A stretch of DNA of 64,000 nt from an uncultured Clostridium sp. (GCA_948468045.1 CAOKGO010000002.1:13-64012), one strand, 5' to 3'; shown: positions 9,979-22,437, counted from the stretch's first letter. Notes: generated by a model from the letters alone, not told the origin. Numbers and translations are program-made.

Positions 9979-12216
9979 TTAAATTTTTTCGTGAATTGTT
10001 CTGTTGATTACGTCTAGTTGTTGTTCTCTTGTTAGTTTTGTGAAGTTTACAGCATATCCTGATACGCGAATTGTTAATTGAGGGTATTTTTCAGGGTGTT
10101 CCATTGCATCTTCTAATAATTTTCTATCAAATACGTTTACATTTATATGATGTCCTGTTTGTGAGAAGTATCCGTCTAACATATTAACTAGGTTGGCAAT
10201 TCTGCTTTCTTCTGCTTTTCCTAAAGTTCCTGGTGTGATAGAGAATGTGTAAGAAATTCCATCTTCTGCAGAGTCAAATGGTAATTTTGCAATTGAGTTC
10301 ATAACAGATAAAGCTCCATTTGTGTCTCTTCCATGTAGAGGGTTTGCACCTGGTCCAAATGGACTTCCTGCTTTTCTTCCATCTGGTGTGTTTCCTGTTG
10401 CTTTACCATATACAACATTAGAAGTTATTGTTAAGATTGATAGTGTGTGTTTTGAATCTCTGTAAGTATGATGTTTTCTTAGTTTATTCATGAAAGTTTT
10501 AACTACTTCAACAGCAATATCGTCAACACGATTATCATCATTTCCGAATTTTGGGAAGTCTCCTTCTGTTTGATAATCAACAGCTAACCCAGTTTCGTTT
10601 CGAATAACTTTTACTTTTGCATATTTAATTGCAGATAAAGAGTCAGCAACTACTGATAAACCAGCTATTCCACAAGCCATAGTACGAAGAATTTCTCTGT
10701 CATGTAAAGCCATTTCTATTGCTTCATAAGAATATTTGTCATGCATATAGTGAATTGCATTTAAAGCTTTTATATAAATTCTTGCTACATATTCCATCAT
10801 TTGGTCAAATTTTTCCATAACTTCATTATAATCTAAGTATTCTGAAGTAATTGGTTCATATTTTGGTGTGATTTGTTTTCCAGAAATTTCATCTTTTCCA
10901 CCATTTATAGCGTATAATAAGGTTTTAGCAAGGTTTGCTCTTGCTCCAAAGAATTGCATTTGTTTTCCGATTTTCATTGGAGATACACAACAAGCAATTC
11001 CATAGTCATCACCTAAAGTGATTCTCATTAAATCGTCATTTTCATATTGAATAGAAGATGTTTCAATTGAAAGTTTTGTAGTAAAGTTTTTAAATCCTTC
11101 AGGTAAATTTGTAGACCATAAAACTGTTAAATTTGGTTCTGGTGCAGGTCCTAAAGTTTGAAGTGTATGAAGAACACGGAAAGAGTTTTTAGTTACTAAT
11201 GTTCTACCATCAATTCCCATTCCACCTATACTTTCAGTTACCCAAACAGGGTCACCACTGAATAATTCGTTATATTCAGGAGTTCTTAAGAAACGAACTA
11301 ATCTAAGTTTCATAACAAAATGATCCATAAGTTCTTGTGCTGCTTCTTCTGTAATAGTTCCGTTTTTTAAATCTCTTTCAAAATAGATGTCTAAGAAAGT
11401 AGAAGTTCTACCAATACTCATAGCAGCACCATTTTGGTCTTTAATTGCTGCTAAGTAACCAAAATATAGCCATTGTACAGCTTCTTTACTGTTAGTTGCT
11501 GGTTTAGATATGTCAAATCCATATTTAGAAGCCATTACTTTTAATTCTTGCAGAGCATTTATTTGTTCTGATATTTCTTCTCTTTCACGAATAATGTTTT
11601 GGCTTAATTCATCAACATTTAAAACATCTAATTCTTGTTTCTTTTCTTCAATTAGAGTGTCAACTCCATATAAGGCAACTCTTCTATAATCTCCAATAAT
11701 TCTTCCACGTCCATAACCATCTGGAAGACCTGTAATTAAGTGGGAACTTCTAGCAGCTCTAATATCAGGTGTGTAAACACTAAATACACCATCATTGTGA
11801 GTTTTTCTGTATTTATGGAAAATTTCTGTTACTTCTGGAGATACTTTTCTTCCATAAGCTTCACATGATTTTTCAACAATTCTAATTCCTCCAAATGGCA
11901 TAATAGCTCTTTTTAAAGGACTATCAGTTTGAAGACCTACAATAGTTTCTAAGTCTTTGTCAATATAACCTGCTTCATGACTAGATATTGTAGATACAGT
12001 TTCTGTATCTATATCTAAAACACTACCTTCACTTTCTTTTTCTTTTTTATATAATTCTAAAACATCATCCCATAATTTTTTTGTTCTATCAGTTGCATTA
12101 GCTAAGAATGTGTCATCACCTAAGTATGGTGTGTAGTTTTTTTGAATAAAATCCCTTACATTAATTTCGTTTTGCCATTCTCCACAGTTAAATCCATTCC
12201 ATTGTTCAAACTTCAT
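9979..12216 (-). CDS. pflB: pyruvate formate-lyase (glycyl radical enzyme)
   Basis: 745 codons with the RVSGYAVNF glycyl-radical motif and the CCVSP active-site region. Confidence 0.95.
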   Translation of the reverse strand: MKFEQWNGFNCGEWQNEINVRDFIQKNYTPYLGDDTFLANATDRTKKLWDDVLELYKKEKESEGSVLDIDTETVSTISSHEAGYIDKDLETIVGLQTDSPLKRAIMPFGGIRIVEKSCEAYGRKVSPEVTEIFHKYRKTHNDGVFSVYTPDIRAARSSHLITGLPDGYGRGRIIGDYRRVALYGVDTLIEEKKQELDVLNVDELSQNIIREREEISEQINALQELKVMASKYGFDISKPATNSKEAVQWLYFGYLAAIKDQNGAAMSIGRTSTFLDIYFERDLKNGTITEEAAQELMDHFVMKLRLVRFLRTPEYNELFSGDPVWVTESIGGMGIDGRTLVTKNSFRVLHTLQTLGPAPEPNLTVLWSTNLPEGFKNFTTKLSIETSSIQYENDDLMRITLGDDYGIACCVSPMKIGKQMQFFGARANLAKTLLYAINGGKDEISGKQITPKYEPITSEYLDYNEVMEKFDQMMEYVARIYIKALNAIHYMHDKYSYEAIEMALHDREILRTMACGIAGLSVVADSLSAIKYAKVKVIRNETGLAVDYQTEGDFPKFGNDDNRVDDIAVEVVKTFMNKLRKHHTYRDSKHTLSILTITSNVVYGKATGNTPDGRKAGSPFGPGANPLHGRDTNGALSVMNSIAKLPFDSAEDGISYTFSITPGTLGKAEESRIANLVNMLDGYFSQTGHHINVNVFDRKLLEDAMEHPEKYPQLTIRVSGYAVNFTKLTREQQLDVINRTIHEKI

Positions 12217-12483
12217 AATTACCTCCCATTTTTATTATATTAGCTATAATATAGAAAATTTATAACTTTGAATTTAATAATTCTAAATACTTAATAACTG
12301 TAAATCAAATATGAACAAAGTGTTGATAACATTCTATAATTTACTGGTTTTCTAGATTTGTTATTAGATTCAAAAAAATATAAATTTTCTATTATTATTA
12401 ACATTTTTTATAAATATTATCATATATAAATGACAATTTACATGATATAGAAAACGTAAAATAAAAACTGTTGCAAAAGCAAC

Positions 12484-12510
12484 AAAAAACCAATATTTAT
12501 AATATTGGTT
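12484..12510 (-). terminator. Terminator of the XRE-family gene
   Basis: Hairpin aaccaatatt/aatattggtt followed by a T-run on the minus strand. Confidence 0.6.
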
Positions 12511-12564
12511 TTAAGATGAGACATGAGAGTTATAGTTTAAAACTAATCATGCCTCTTTTTTTTG

Positions 12565-12903
12565 TTATTCTGTTTCAATGTCTGAGTCTGCAATAACTTT
12601 TGCTACATTGTAAATTAATCTTTGTTTTTCTGGTGAACAACTTCTAAATAATTCAGAAAATTCTTTGTTTAAGTAATTTTTAGAACTGCTAGAAGCACCA
12701 TTTAAAACATATCCTTCAGTAACATCTAATAATCCACAAAGCTGATTTAGTCTTTTTAGATTTATATGAGAATTTCCTCTTTCTACTCTACTTAAAAATG
12801 CAACAGAAATATCAATTTGTTCTGCTAAGTCTTCTTGTGTTAGATTTTTTGCAAGTCTTGCTTGTTTAATTCTTTGACCAATTACTGTATAATCTAGTGC
12901 CAT
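12565..12903 (-). CDS. XRE-family HTH transcriptional regulator
   Basis: The N-terminal segment IGQRIKQARLAKNLTQEDLAEQIDISVAFLSRVERG is a Cro/C1-type HTH. Confidence 0.8.
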   Translation of the reverse strand: MALDYTVIGQRIKQARLAKNLTQEDLAEQIDISVAFLSRVERGNSHINLKRLNQLCGLLDVTEGYVLNGASSSSKNYLNKEFSELFRSCSPEKQRLIYNVAKVIADSDIETE

Positions 12904-13366
12904 TTTTTTATCAATCCTTTCTCTTAGAAAATTATTAAATTTTGCCTTTATATTCTATGTAACTTAATATAGCATTTTATAGTTTAAATTTACAGAAACC
13001 AATAGATGCCAAACGAACCAATAAGTAAAAAGATACTACACTTCAATGGTTTTGTTTACATTCTTACAGTAAACTTGTTCAAAAGTAACCTCGATCTAAC
13101 AAGTTCCAATAAAGCGAAAGCAAATGTTAAAATATTAAACGGAAGTTGTACAAATAAGATAAACTTATTTGGCAGTGTTGGTATAACACAATGTGAAGTG
13201 TAGAAAAAATATGATTTTTGATTGTAATATTTAATGAATTTGTACTGTTTCATGGTTTTAGGTGTATTGACAACAACTAAAAAATAAAATATAATGATAA
13301 GGATTTGTGAAAATAGTTTCTCATAAGAAATAAACATTGTTATTTAATAGAAAGGATGATACTAAA

Positions 13367-14293
13367 ATGGAAAATAAAGTATTAATTTTTGGACATAAAA
13401 ATCCTGATACAGATTCAATCTGTTCAAGTATAGTACATGAAATTTTAGACAAGAAAAATGGTTGGAATGACACAAAAGCAGTAAGAATAGGAAATGTAAA
13501 TAAAGAAACACAATATGTTTTAAATTATTTGCAAATAGGAGCCCCTGAATTAATTGAAAAAGTAGAAGAAGGGCAAGAAGTAATTTTAGTAGATCATTGC
13601 AATTTTGACCAAAGTGTAGATGGAATTGAAAATGCTAAAATAATTAGTGTAACAGATCATCATAATATTGGTAATTTTAGAACAGCTGAGCCATTATATT
13701 ATAATGCGAAACCTTATGGTTGTACATCTACCATACTTTATGAAGATTTTAAAAGACTTAATCATACAATAGATAAAAAAGAAGCAATATTAATGTTAAG
13801 TGCTATTATATCTGATACATTATTATTAAAATCACCAACTACAACACAATATGATGAAAAGGCTTTAGAGGAACTAGCAAAAATAGCTGAAATTGATGTT
13901 AATCAATATGGAATAGAAATGTTAAAAGCAGGAACAGATGTAAAAGATTATTCAGAAGAACAATTAATCAATTTAGATGCTAAAGATTTTAATAAAGGTG
14001 ATATAAAATATAGAGTTGCTCAAATAAATATAGTTAGTATTGATGATGTTTTAAAAAGGGAAGAAGAAATAAAAGCAGTTATTAATAAAACAATAGAAGA
14101 AAATGGATTAGATTTATTTGTATTTACAATTACAGATATTTTAAATAGTAATTCAGAAATTATTGCCCTAGGAAAGAAGATAGATGTAATAAAACCTGCA
14201 TTTGGAAAAGACTTAGAAAATAATAAAGCTTTTTTACCAGGTGTAGTTTCAAGAAAAAAACAACTAGTACCAAATATAGACAAGAATTTATAA
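13367..14293 (+). CDS. ppaC: manganese-dependent inorganic pyrophosphatase (DHH family II)
   Basis: GHKNPDTDSICS, VDHCNF and TDHHN motifs. ATG at 13367 within ORF 13337..14293. Confidence 0.9.
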   Translation: MENKVLIFGHKNPDTDSICSSIVHEILDKKNGWNDTKAVRIGNVNKETQYVLNYLQIGAPELIEKVEEGQEVILVDHCNFDQSVDGIENAKIISVTDHHNIGNFRTAEPLYYNAKPYGCTSTILYEDFKRLNHTIDKKEAILMLSAIISDTLLLKSPTTTQYDEKALEELAKIAEIDVNQYGIEMLKAGTDVKDYSEEQLINLDAKDFNKGDIKYRVAQINIVSIDDVLKREEEIKAVINKTIEENGLDLFVFTITDILNSNSEIIALGKKIDVIKPAFGKDLENNKAFLPGVVSRKKQLVPNIDKNL

Positions 14294-14443
14294 ATTAATG
14301 TTAATATATTATAAATTTATTTTGTGTATAATGATTAAAGATAACTTTTAAAAGTTATCTTTTTTAAAACTATTGCATATTTTAGTAATTAAATCTATAA
14401 TAGTTAAGTAAGATATAAAGAGGAAAAGAAACGGAGGAGTAGA

Positions 14444-16081
14444 ATGCCAGAAAGAGTGGTAAGAACAAGAAAAGCTAAAAAAGAAACTTTTATGCAAGGA
14501 GTTATTACCTTAATTTTTTCACAAGTGCTAATAAAATTACTAGGTTTATTGTATACACTGTACTTAACTAATAGAGAGGGCTTTGGAGATAAAGGAAATG
14601 GAATTGTAGCAGCAGGATATCAAATTTATGCTATGCTACTTACAATTTCATCAATAGGAGTTCCAAATGCTATTTCAAAATTAGTTTCAGAAAGGATAGC
14701 AGTAGGAGATCATAAAGGTGGGCATAGAATTTTTAAAATTGCTTTTGCAACATTTGCAATAATTGGTCTAGTAGGAAGTCTATTATTATTTTTTGGAGCA
14801 AAAATGATAGCAGTTCGGATGGTTACAAATTCCAGAAGCTGAAATGACCTTAGTAGCTTTATCACCAGCAATTTTCTTTGTAGCTATTTCATCTGTTATG
14901 AGAGGATATTTTAACGCTAGGCAAAATATTAAGGCTACAGCTAGATCGCAGAGCTTAGAACAAGTTTTTAAAACAACTCTAACAATTATTTTAGTAGAAA
15001 TTATTGCAATTATCTCAAATGCTTCTACAGAATGGATGGCAGGTGGAGCAACACTTGCAACAACACTTGCAACATTTTCAGGATATGGATATTTATACTT
15101 ATACTACAAAACAAGAAGAAGAGAAATTGCAACAGAAATTAAATCAACAGTAAATTATAGGTATGAGAGAGTATCAAATATTATAAGAAAAATATTGATG
15201 GTTTCAATTCCAATTGCACTAACTGCAATAATGTCTTCTTTAAATAAAAATATAGATTCTTTTACAGTTGTTAGAAGTCTAAAAGAGTTTATGCCAGAAG
15301 ATATGGCAATTACTCAATATGGAATACTAGGTGGAAAAGTTGATACATTGACAAGTTTGCCATTATCTATTAATGTTGCGTTTTCAACTGCTTTAGTACC
15401 AGCTATTTCAGCGGCTAAAGCAAGAAAAGATAAAAAAACTATAACAGAAAAAACATCATTTTCATTGTTAATATCTATGTTAATAGGTCTTCCTTGTACA
15501 ATTGGTATGTGCATTTTTGCAGGACCAATTTTGAATTTACTATTTCCAAATGCTAGTTCACGGAGAGACAATATTACAAATTAGTGCATTAACAATTATT
15601 TTTACTATATTAGATCAAACTATTAATGGAGCTTTGCAAGGATATGGAAAATTAATGGTTCCAACAATATCATTAGGATGTCGGAGTTTTAGTAAAGCTG
15701 ATTTTAAATTTGATTTTAGTACCTATACCAGAAATTGGAGTTAATGGAGCAGCTTGGGCTTCTGTTGCTTGTCATTTAGTGGCATTTAGTATTGCAATTA
15801 CATATTTAAGGAAAACAATTAAACTAAATTTAACTTTTTCGAAATTTGTTATAAAACCTTTACTTAGTGTGATTATTATGGCAATTTGTTCTTATTTTAG
15901 TTATTTAATGCTATCACGTATAATCACACAAAAATTGGCAACAATAATATCAATTATAATTGCTGTAGTTATCTATACTCTAGCAATTATCGCATTGAAA
16001 GTATTTTCAAAAAAAGAAATACAAATGATGCCAGCAGGAAATAAAATCTTCAAAGTATTGGAAAAACTAAAAATTTATTAA
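14444..16081 (+). CDS. SpoVB/MurJ-type polysaccharide or lipid II flippase (MOP superfamily)
   Basis: Four consecutive ORF pieces joined by +1 shifts at CGG 14816..14818, 15561..15563 and 15682..15684. The joined reading gives IAVGWLQIPEAE, NASSGETILQISAL and LGCGVLVKLILNLILVPIPEIGVNGAAWA. Confidence 0.8.
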
Positions 16082-16208
16082 AAAAAGAGTAAAAAAAAGA
16101 AGGTTTTTAAGTATTTTTGGCGAATTATTTAAAATAGAGGTATATAGTTGCACTATTTAGGGTAACTTATGTACATAAACTATTCAAATCTTATAGGAGG
16201 TAATTTAA

Positions 16209-16487
16209 ATGAACAAAGCTGAATTAATCGCAGCAATGGCTGCAAAAACAGGAGACACAAAAAAAGCAGCTGAAGCATCAGTAAATGCTTTTGTAGAAGT
16301 TGTAACAAACGCATTAAAAAAAGGAGACAAAGTTCAATTAGTTGGATTTGGATCTTTTGAAGTAAGAAAAAGAGCAGCTAGAAAAGGAAGAAACCCACAA
16401 ACTAAAGAAGAAATCAAAATACCTGCATCAAAAGCTCCAGTATTCAAAGCTGGTAAAGCATTAAAAGATTTAGTAAACAAAAAATAA
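16209..16487 (+). CDS. hup: DNA-binding protein HU
   Basis: [11 protein letters not shown]...[19 protein letters not shown] is a canonical HU sequence. Confidence 0.95.
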   Translation: MNKAELIAAMAAKTGDTKKAAEASVNAFVEVVTNALKKGDKVQLVGFGSFEVRKRAARKGRNPQTKEEIKIPASKAPVFKAGKALKDLVNKK

Positions 16488-16523
16488 GAATTTTATATAA
16501 AACTATAAATATATGAAACAAAA

Positions 16524-16558
16524 AATAGCTATATTATTAAATATAGCTATTTTTTTGT
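16524..16558 (+). terminator. Rho-independent terminator of hup
   Basis: Hairpin atagctatat/atatagctat followed by a T-run. Confidence 0.75.
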
Positions 16559-16560
16559 TG

Positions 16561-16744
16561 TATAGAAAAATTAAAGAAATTTCTATAACATTAAGATATT
16601 AGAACAAAAGTGGCATGATTAAAATTTTATGACCTTTTAGATAACTTTTCATGCCACGTCTTTGTTCGCTCGCGAAAATTGCAAAGCAATTTTTGCTTGG
16701 AACGCTTTATATTATAGGAAGTTCGGAGAACTTTCTTATAATAT
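16561..16744 (-). repeat. Family A modular repeat, full length, left flank of the ibrAB-like cassette
   Basis: Near-identical reverse complement of 19149..19326. Confidence 0.85.
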
Positions 16745-16842
16745 AAAAAAATTTTTCCTATTTGCAAATATTATTTTTCGTCAAAACTTTACAAAAAATA
16801 TCATAAATGGTATAATTTGGAATGAAAAGAGGAAATACATAA

Positions 16843-18133
16843 ATGGGAAAGAAATATTTAGAAAAAAATGTATTAAATGCTACATTAGAAAGACTACATA
16901 TTATGTTTGAAAATTTTGATAATATTTATTTTAGTTTTAGTGGTGGAAAAGATAGTTCTGTAATGATTCAATTAGCAAATATGGTTGCTAAAGAAATGAA
17001 TAAAAAATTTGATGTACTATTTATTGATTTAGAAGCACAATATCGTTATACAATAGAACATGTAGAAGAATTAAAACAATTGTCACAAATTAGAGATTTT
17101 TATCATATCGCATTACCAATCGCTTTAAGAAATGCAGTATCAGTTTTACAACCCAAATGGATTTGTTGGGAGGAAGAAAGCAAACATTTATGGATAAGAA
17201 AAATTCCAGAAGATAGTATAAATGTTAATAATTGTCCGTTTTCATGGTTTAAAAAAGGAGAAGAGTTTGAAGAATTTATAGTTCAGTTTGCTGATTGGTA
17301 CCAAAAAAAATATAAGGATACAGTAGCTTGTGGAATTGGAATTAGGACAGATGAAAGCTTAAACAGATTTAGAACAATAGCATTTCAAGATAAAAAAATT
17401 ACTTTTCAAGGACATAATTGGACAACTAAATTAAAAGTAAATGAAAAGCATATTGATGTATATAATTTTTATCCAATTTATGATTGGAGAACAGAAGACA
17501 TTTGGGGAGCTGTTAGTAAGTTAGATTTAAAGTTTAATTATATTTATGAATTGATGTATAAAAATGGTATAAGTATTTATGAACAAAGGCTTTGCCAACC
17601 ATATGGAGATGACCAAAGAAATGGATTAGATCAATTTAAAGCTTTAGAGTATGATACTTGGACTAAAGTAGTAAATAGAGTAAATCGGTGTTAATTTTGG
17701 AAATATCTATTGTAAATCAACTGCACTTGGAAATATAAAATCTTGTAAGCCAAAGTTTATGTCTTGGCAAGAATATACAATATTTTTATTAGAAAGTATT
17801 GGCATTTATAATCGAGATTTAATGCTTCATTATTATAGAAAAATAAAAAAATTTATGATATGGCATAAGAACAAATATGGTGTAAAATTTGAAGATATAC
17901 CAGATGTAGCAGATACTAAGTTAGAAAATCAAAAAAAGGTAATTTCTTGGCGTAGAATGGCAAGAGCAATAGAAAAAAATGACTTTTATATGAGAAGATT
18001 ATCATTTGGACAAACAAAAAATGATGATAGAGAATTATTAGAATTAATTCATAAATGGGATAATTTGTTAAACAAAAATACAAAAACAGATGACAAATTA
18101 TTACAAAAAGTAATTCAAGAAACATGCAAATAA
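16843..18133 (+). CDS. PAPS-reductase-fold protein with a DUF3440-like C-terminal half (IbrA/YbdN-like)
   Basis: The FSGGKDSSV P-loop is typical of PAPS reductase/ATP pyrophosphatases. Two ORF pieces are joined by a +1 shift at CGG 17686..17688. Confidence 0.65.
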
Positions 18134-18174
18134 AATATGGAGAGATAATAATGCATTGAAAAGGAGAAAAAGAA

Positions 18175-18561
18175 ATGATTATAAAAATAACAAATGAACA
18201 TCCAAAATTTTATCAATATATGGGGAAATTTTTCGGTTCTAGATTAATTGAAAGACAAATTAATGACAGAATTTATGATGATAATGGAAAGACATGGTAT
18301 ATTTATGTAGAAAATGAAAAAGTAATGGCATTTATATCAGTTAATAAAAATGTTATTAAAAATATTTATGCTATGAAAGAAGAATATTTAGAAGAAATAT
18401 TAAGAAAAATTAAAAATGAAAATGTTATTACATACAGTATAGTACCAAGATGTTACAAAAGCTTGTATGAAAAATGTGGTTTTGTAGTTAGTAAAAATGA
18501 AGATTATAAGAATTTTGTTATTATTTATATGGAAACAGAAGTTGCACTTTTAATTGATTAA
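18175..18561 (+). CDS. small hypothetical protein, possibly acetyltransferase-like
   Basis: 128 codons with an aggag RBS, sitting between the IbrA-like and ParB-like genes. Motif support is weak. Confidence 0.35.
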   Translation: MIIKITNEHPKFYQYMGKFFGSRLIERQINDRIYDDNGKTWYIYVENEKVMAFISVNKNVIKNIYAMKEEYLEEILRKIKNENVITYSIVPRCYKSLYEKCGFVVSKNEDYKNFVIIYMETEVALLID

Positions 18562-18590
18562 ATAGGGTAAAGAGAAAGGACCAAAAGTAT

Positions 18591-19115
18591 ATGAATAAAA
18601 TAGAATTTCCAGTATTAAACGTAAAAATGGTAGATATAGATAAAGTTATTGCAAATGACTACAATCCAAACAAAGTGGCACCGCCAGAAATGCAATTGCT
18701 GAAACACTCAATTGAGGAAGATGGATATACACAACCAATAGTAACTTATTATGATAAAGAAAGAGATATTTATATTGTAGTAGATGGATTTCACCGTTAT
18801 CGTTGTGCAAAAGAGTACTTTAACTTAAAGCAAATTCCAATAGTTACAATTGATAAAGACTTAGAAAATCGTATGGCAAGTACAATAAGACATAATAGAG
18901 CAAGAGGTACACATCAAATTGTTGATATGTCACACATAGTTTTAACATTGACACAAAACGGGTGGACAGAAATGCAAATATCTAAGCATTTAGGTATGGA
19001 ATTGGATGAAATTATTAGACTAAAACAAATTACAGGTTTAAAAGAAGTGTTTGCAAATCATCAATTTAGTAAATCATGGGAAGAATTTGAAGAAAACAGA
19101 AAGAAAAAAGGATGA
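18591..19115 (+). CDS. ParB/Srx-fold nuclease-domain protein (IbrB/YbdM-like)
   Basis: VVDGFHRYRC and IRHNRARG are ParB N-terminal domain signatures. Confidence 0.7.
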   Translation: MNKIEFPVLNVKMVDIDKVIANDYNPNKVAPPEMQLLKHSIEEDGYTQPIVTYYDKERDIYIVVDGFHRYRCAKEYFNLKQIPIVTIDKDLENRMASTIRHNRARGTHQIVDMSHIVLTLTQNGWTEMQISKHLGMELDEIIRLKQITGLKEVFANHQFSKSWEEFEENRKKKG

Positions 19116-19148
19116 CCTTAAAGAAAAGATGTAAAAAAGGGAAATTTA

Positions 19149-19326
19149 ATATTATAGGAAAGTTCTCCGAACTTCCTATAATATAAAGCGTTCCACGCAA
19201 AAATTGCTTTGCAATTTTCGCGGGCGAACAAAGACGAGGCATGAAAAGTCATCTAAAAGATCGTAAAATTTTAATCATGCCTCTTTTGTTATGTTATAGG
19301 AAAAATCTCCGATTTTCCTATAACAT
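19149..19326 (+). repeat. Family A modular repeat, full length, right flank of the ibrAB-like cassette
   Basis: Modules tataggaaagttctccgaacttcctata, aaaattgctttgcaatttt, gaggcatga...tcatgcctc and ataggaaaaatctccgattttcctat. Confidence 0.85.
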
Positions 19327-19334
19327 CAACACAT

Positions 19335-21069
19335 TTAAATGTGTATTTCTCTTAGTTGTTCACGTTTAACATTACTTGGAGCTCCCATCATTAAGTCCTG
19401 TGCTTTACTATTTAGTGGGAAAGCAATTACTTCACGTATTGTACAAGAATCTGTAAGGAGCATAAGCATCCTATCAATACCAGGAGCAATACCTGCATGT
19501 GGAGGAGCACCAAATTGGAAAGCAGTATATAAAGCACCAAATTTAGATTTAACTTCTTCTTCTGTATATCCTGCCATAGTAAATGCTTTTAGCATAATTT
19601 CTATGTTATGGTTTCTAACAGCACCAGAAGATAACTCAATTCCATTTACTACAAGGTCATATTGATATGCTAAAATATCTAAAGGATTTTGATTATTTAG
19701 AGCATCTAAACCACCTTGAGGCATAGAAAATGGATTATGGCTAAAGGTTAGTTTTTCATGTTCATCTTTTTCAAACATTGGAAAGTCAACAATCCAAGCA
19801 AATGAAAAAGTATTTTTGTCTATTAAATCCAATCTTTTTCCTAGTTCTTCTCTAATTTGTCCAGCAAGTTCTGTTGCTCTTTTTTTATTGTCTGCTATAA
19901 AGAAAATTGTATCATCTTTTTCCAAAGAAGCTAATTTCAACAATTCATTTTTTAATTCATTTGGAATAAATTTATCAATTGGTCCTTTAAAACTTAAATC
20001 ATCTTGAACTTCTAAATATCCGAAGTCCACCCATTCCAATGCTTATGGCATATTGTAATAACTTTTCATGAAAACCTTTAGAAAGATGACCTTTTACTTT
20101 TATTGCTCTTACTGTTCTATTAATAAATGGCTTAAAGGTACATTTGTTAAAAAATTCAGATAGGTCAATTATAAAAAGAGGATTTCTAAGGTCTGGCTTA
20201 TCAGTTCCATATTTTAACATAGATTCATTATAAGAGATTCTAGGGAAAGGGTAGTTAGTTATTTTTTTGTTTGAAAATTCTTTAAAAGTATTATATATAA
20301 CAGGCTCAATGGCAGTGAAAACATCTTCTTGAGTAGCATATGCCATTTCCATATCTAATTGATAAAATTCCCCTGGTGCTCTATCTGCTCTTGCATCTTC
20401 ATCACGAAAACATGGTGCAATTTGAAAATATTTATCAATACCAGAAACCATAAGCAATTGTTTAAATTGTTGAGGTGCTTGTGGTAGGGCATAAAATTTA
20501 CCAGGATGTAATCTACTTGGAACAAGGTAATCTCTAGCACCCTCTGGAGAAGAATTAGTTAAAATAGGGGTTTGAACTTCTAAAAAACCTTGATTTATCA
20601 TTTCGTTTCTTAAAAATTGAAGTACTTTTGCCCTTAATAATAAGTTATTTTTTAATCTGTCATTTCTTAAATCTAAAAAGCGATATTGAAGCCTTAAATC
20701 TTCTCTAATTTCTTGGTTTGTATTCACCTCAAAAGGAAGATTTTTTGTCCTTTTTCCTAAAATAGATATTTCTTCAATACGGATTTCTACTAAACCAGTT
20801 TTTAATTTGGGATTAACAGTTTCCTCATCTCTTTTTTTGACTTCTCCATAAATACTAATACAAGATTCTAAAGGGATGTGAGATGCAAAATCAACATCAT
20901 CTTCTTTTCCGGATGTTACAACTTGTGTAATACCATACATATCTCGTATATCTAAAAATACGAGCCCTCCAAAATCACGAATTGTTTGGACAAAACCAGC
21001 AATCCTAACTTTTTTTCCAACATCTTTTAAATCAATTTCATTACAAGTACAAGTTCTATACTCTTTCAT
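19335..21069 (-). CDS. aspS: aspartyl-tRNA synthetase
   Basis: Class II motifs FRDED and GxGxGxDR-like GIAPGIDR. Two pieces are joined by a +1 shift at minus-strand CGG 20020..20022, in the context CTT-CGG-A. Confidence 0.95.
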
Positions 21070-21189
21070 TTTTCATACCTCCTTTTGCTATTGTGGACAT
21101 TTTTTGGTAATATTTGATTCGCAGTCTATTATGTTGGGAATTATTAAATTCAAAAACATATTAAATTTTATAATGCATAACTTATTAAA

Positions 21190-21400
21190 TAAAACCAAAA
21201 AACGCCCCAATGCATTTTTATATGCAGGGACGAAATATTCCGCGGTGCCACCCAGCTTGAAAATTAAATTTTGAATTAATTTCCCACTTTATTTTAATTT
21301 ACTCCAATGTGTTTCACATATTTTAGGGTACCTTAAAGGGCTTCCAGCTAATAACCCTTATTCTCTTGTAAGTATTCACTAAAAAAGCTTTCATTGTACA
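21190..21400 (-). promoter_or_regulatory. T-box leader of aspS
   Basis: The T-box sequence aagctgggtggcaccgcgg is the reverse complement of 21240..21258. A terminator hairpin (21203..21232) and U-run follow. The 5' limit is approximate and no specifier codon was assigned. Confidence 0.75.
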
Positions 21401-21465
21401 AACGTAAATAAGATGTTTTTTAATTGTTTTCTATTTTACAATATTATATGAAGATTTGTCAAGTT

Positions 21466-22437
21466 TTAAACCTTTAATTTTTTAATAATTTTAATTTCGT
21501 TATAAAGATTATCAATAATTGCTTTTCTTTTTTCATAGGCTGTTTTGTATTCTTCATAAATAGATAGGTAATTTTCAAGAGTTTCATTATTTTTTAGTAA
21601 CATCTTGATTCCTTCAAGATAATAATTTTTATCTTTTTCTTTTTTTGCTTTTTCCATTTTTTCTCTATATTTTTCGATTTGTTCAAACCTTTTTAATTCA
21701 TTTTTTAAATCATCTACATAGCTTTGAATAGAAGAAATTTCATATTCTATGTCATCAATTACAACTTTAAATAAAGTTCTTACAATAACAGGATTGTTTT
21801 TACCAAGGTTAGTATTTTCAACAATTTCACCTAATGCATTTGATTTGTTTTGATTTGGATTTGGTTTTGTATTTTCAATTAATATTTTTAAAGTGTCAGA
21901 AATACCAATATGTGATTTGTACTGTCTTTTACTAACAATGGCATCATATTCATCTGCTACACGAATAATTTGCCCTTCATAAGGAATGTCTTTTTTAGTT
22001 AATCCTTGTGGATACCCAGAACCATTTAGGGCTTCATGATGATAGTAAGCTCCTGCTGCATAAGGTCTTAATTTTAAATCTTTCATACACATATTGTAAC
22101 CTAAAGTAGTATGGCTTTTCATAGTTTCATATTCTTCTTGAGTTAATTTACCTGGTTTTTGAAGTATTTCAGGTGGAATAAAAAGTTTTCCTATGTCATG
22201 TAAATATGCACAAATTGTACAATATTCAGTAAAACCACTACTACAATGCAAATATTCACAAAGTCTGCAAGTAAGACTTGCTACATTTTCACAATGTTTC
22301 CTTGTAAATACATCTAATCTGTCTAACATTGTTAGTTGGTATCTCATGCTTTGGTCTAAATTGTAAGATTTAAGGTTTGTTTTATCATAAAAATCAAATT
22401 CATATTTCATAATTATCTTATTCCTTTCCAAAGACAT
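21466..22437 (-). CDS. HD-GYP domain protein with a C-terminal coiled-coil
   Basis: HDIGK and HHEALNGSGYPQG motifs. Confidence 0.85.
   Translation of the reverse strand: MSLERNKIIMKYEFDFYDKTNLKSYNLDQSMRYQLTMLDRLDVFTRKHCENVASLTCRLCEYLHCSSGFTEYCTICAYLHDIGKLFIPPEILQKPGKLTQEEYETMKSHTTLGYNMCMKDLKLRPYAAGAYYHHEALNGSGYPQGLTKKDIPYEGQIIRVADEYDAIVSKRQYKSHIGISDTLKILIENTKPNPNQNKSNALGEIVENTNLGKNNPVIVRTLFKVVIDDIEYEISSIQSYVDDLKNELKRFEQIEKYREKMEKAKKEKDKNYYLEGIKMLLKNNETLENYLSIYEEYKTAYEKRKAIIDNLYNEIKIIKKLKV

Noticed and set aside
13006-13337. ORFs 13006..13203 (+) and 13056..13337 (-) in the XRE-ppaC intergenic region.
   Set aside because: They overlap each other on opposite strands, with no RBS and no motifs. 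The region looks like promoter or spacer DNA.
14444-16081. The split ORFs (flippase, pflA, aspS, uvrC, rsmH, PBP, ibrA-like, M15, recombinase) could be ordinary pseudogenes from genome decay.
   Set aside because: Essential genes are affected (aspS, rsmH, uvrC). All 19 breaks are +1 and all fall on an in-frame CGG followed by a Gly reading. No other kind of lesion is seen in these genes. Random decay would give mixed indels and stops at arbitrary codons.
16662-16910. An 82-codon plus-strand ORF upstream of and overlapping the ibrA-like gene start.
   Set aside because: It begins inside the family A repeat, has no RBS and overlaps the better-supported gene at 16843. Its translation is low complexity.
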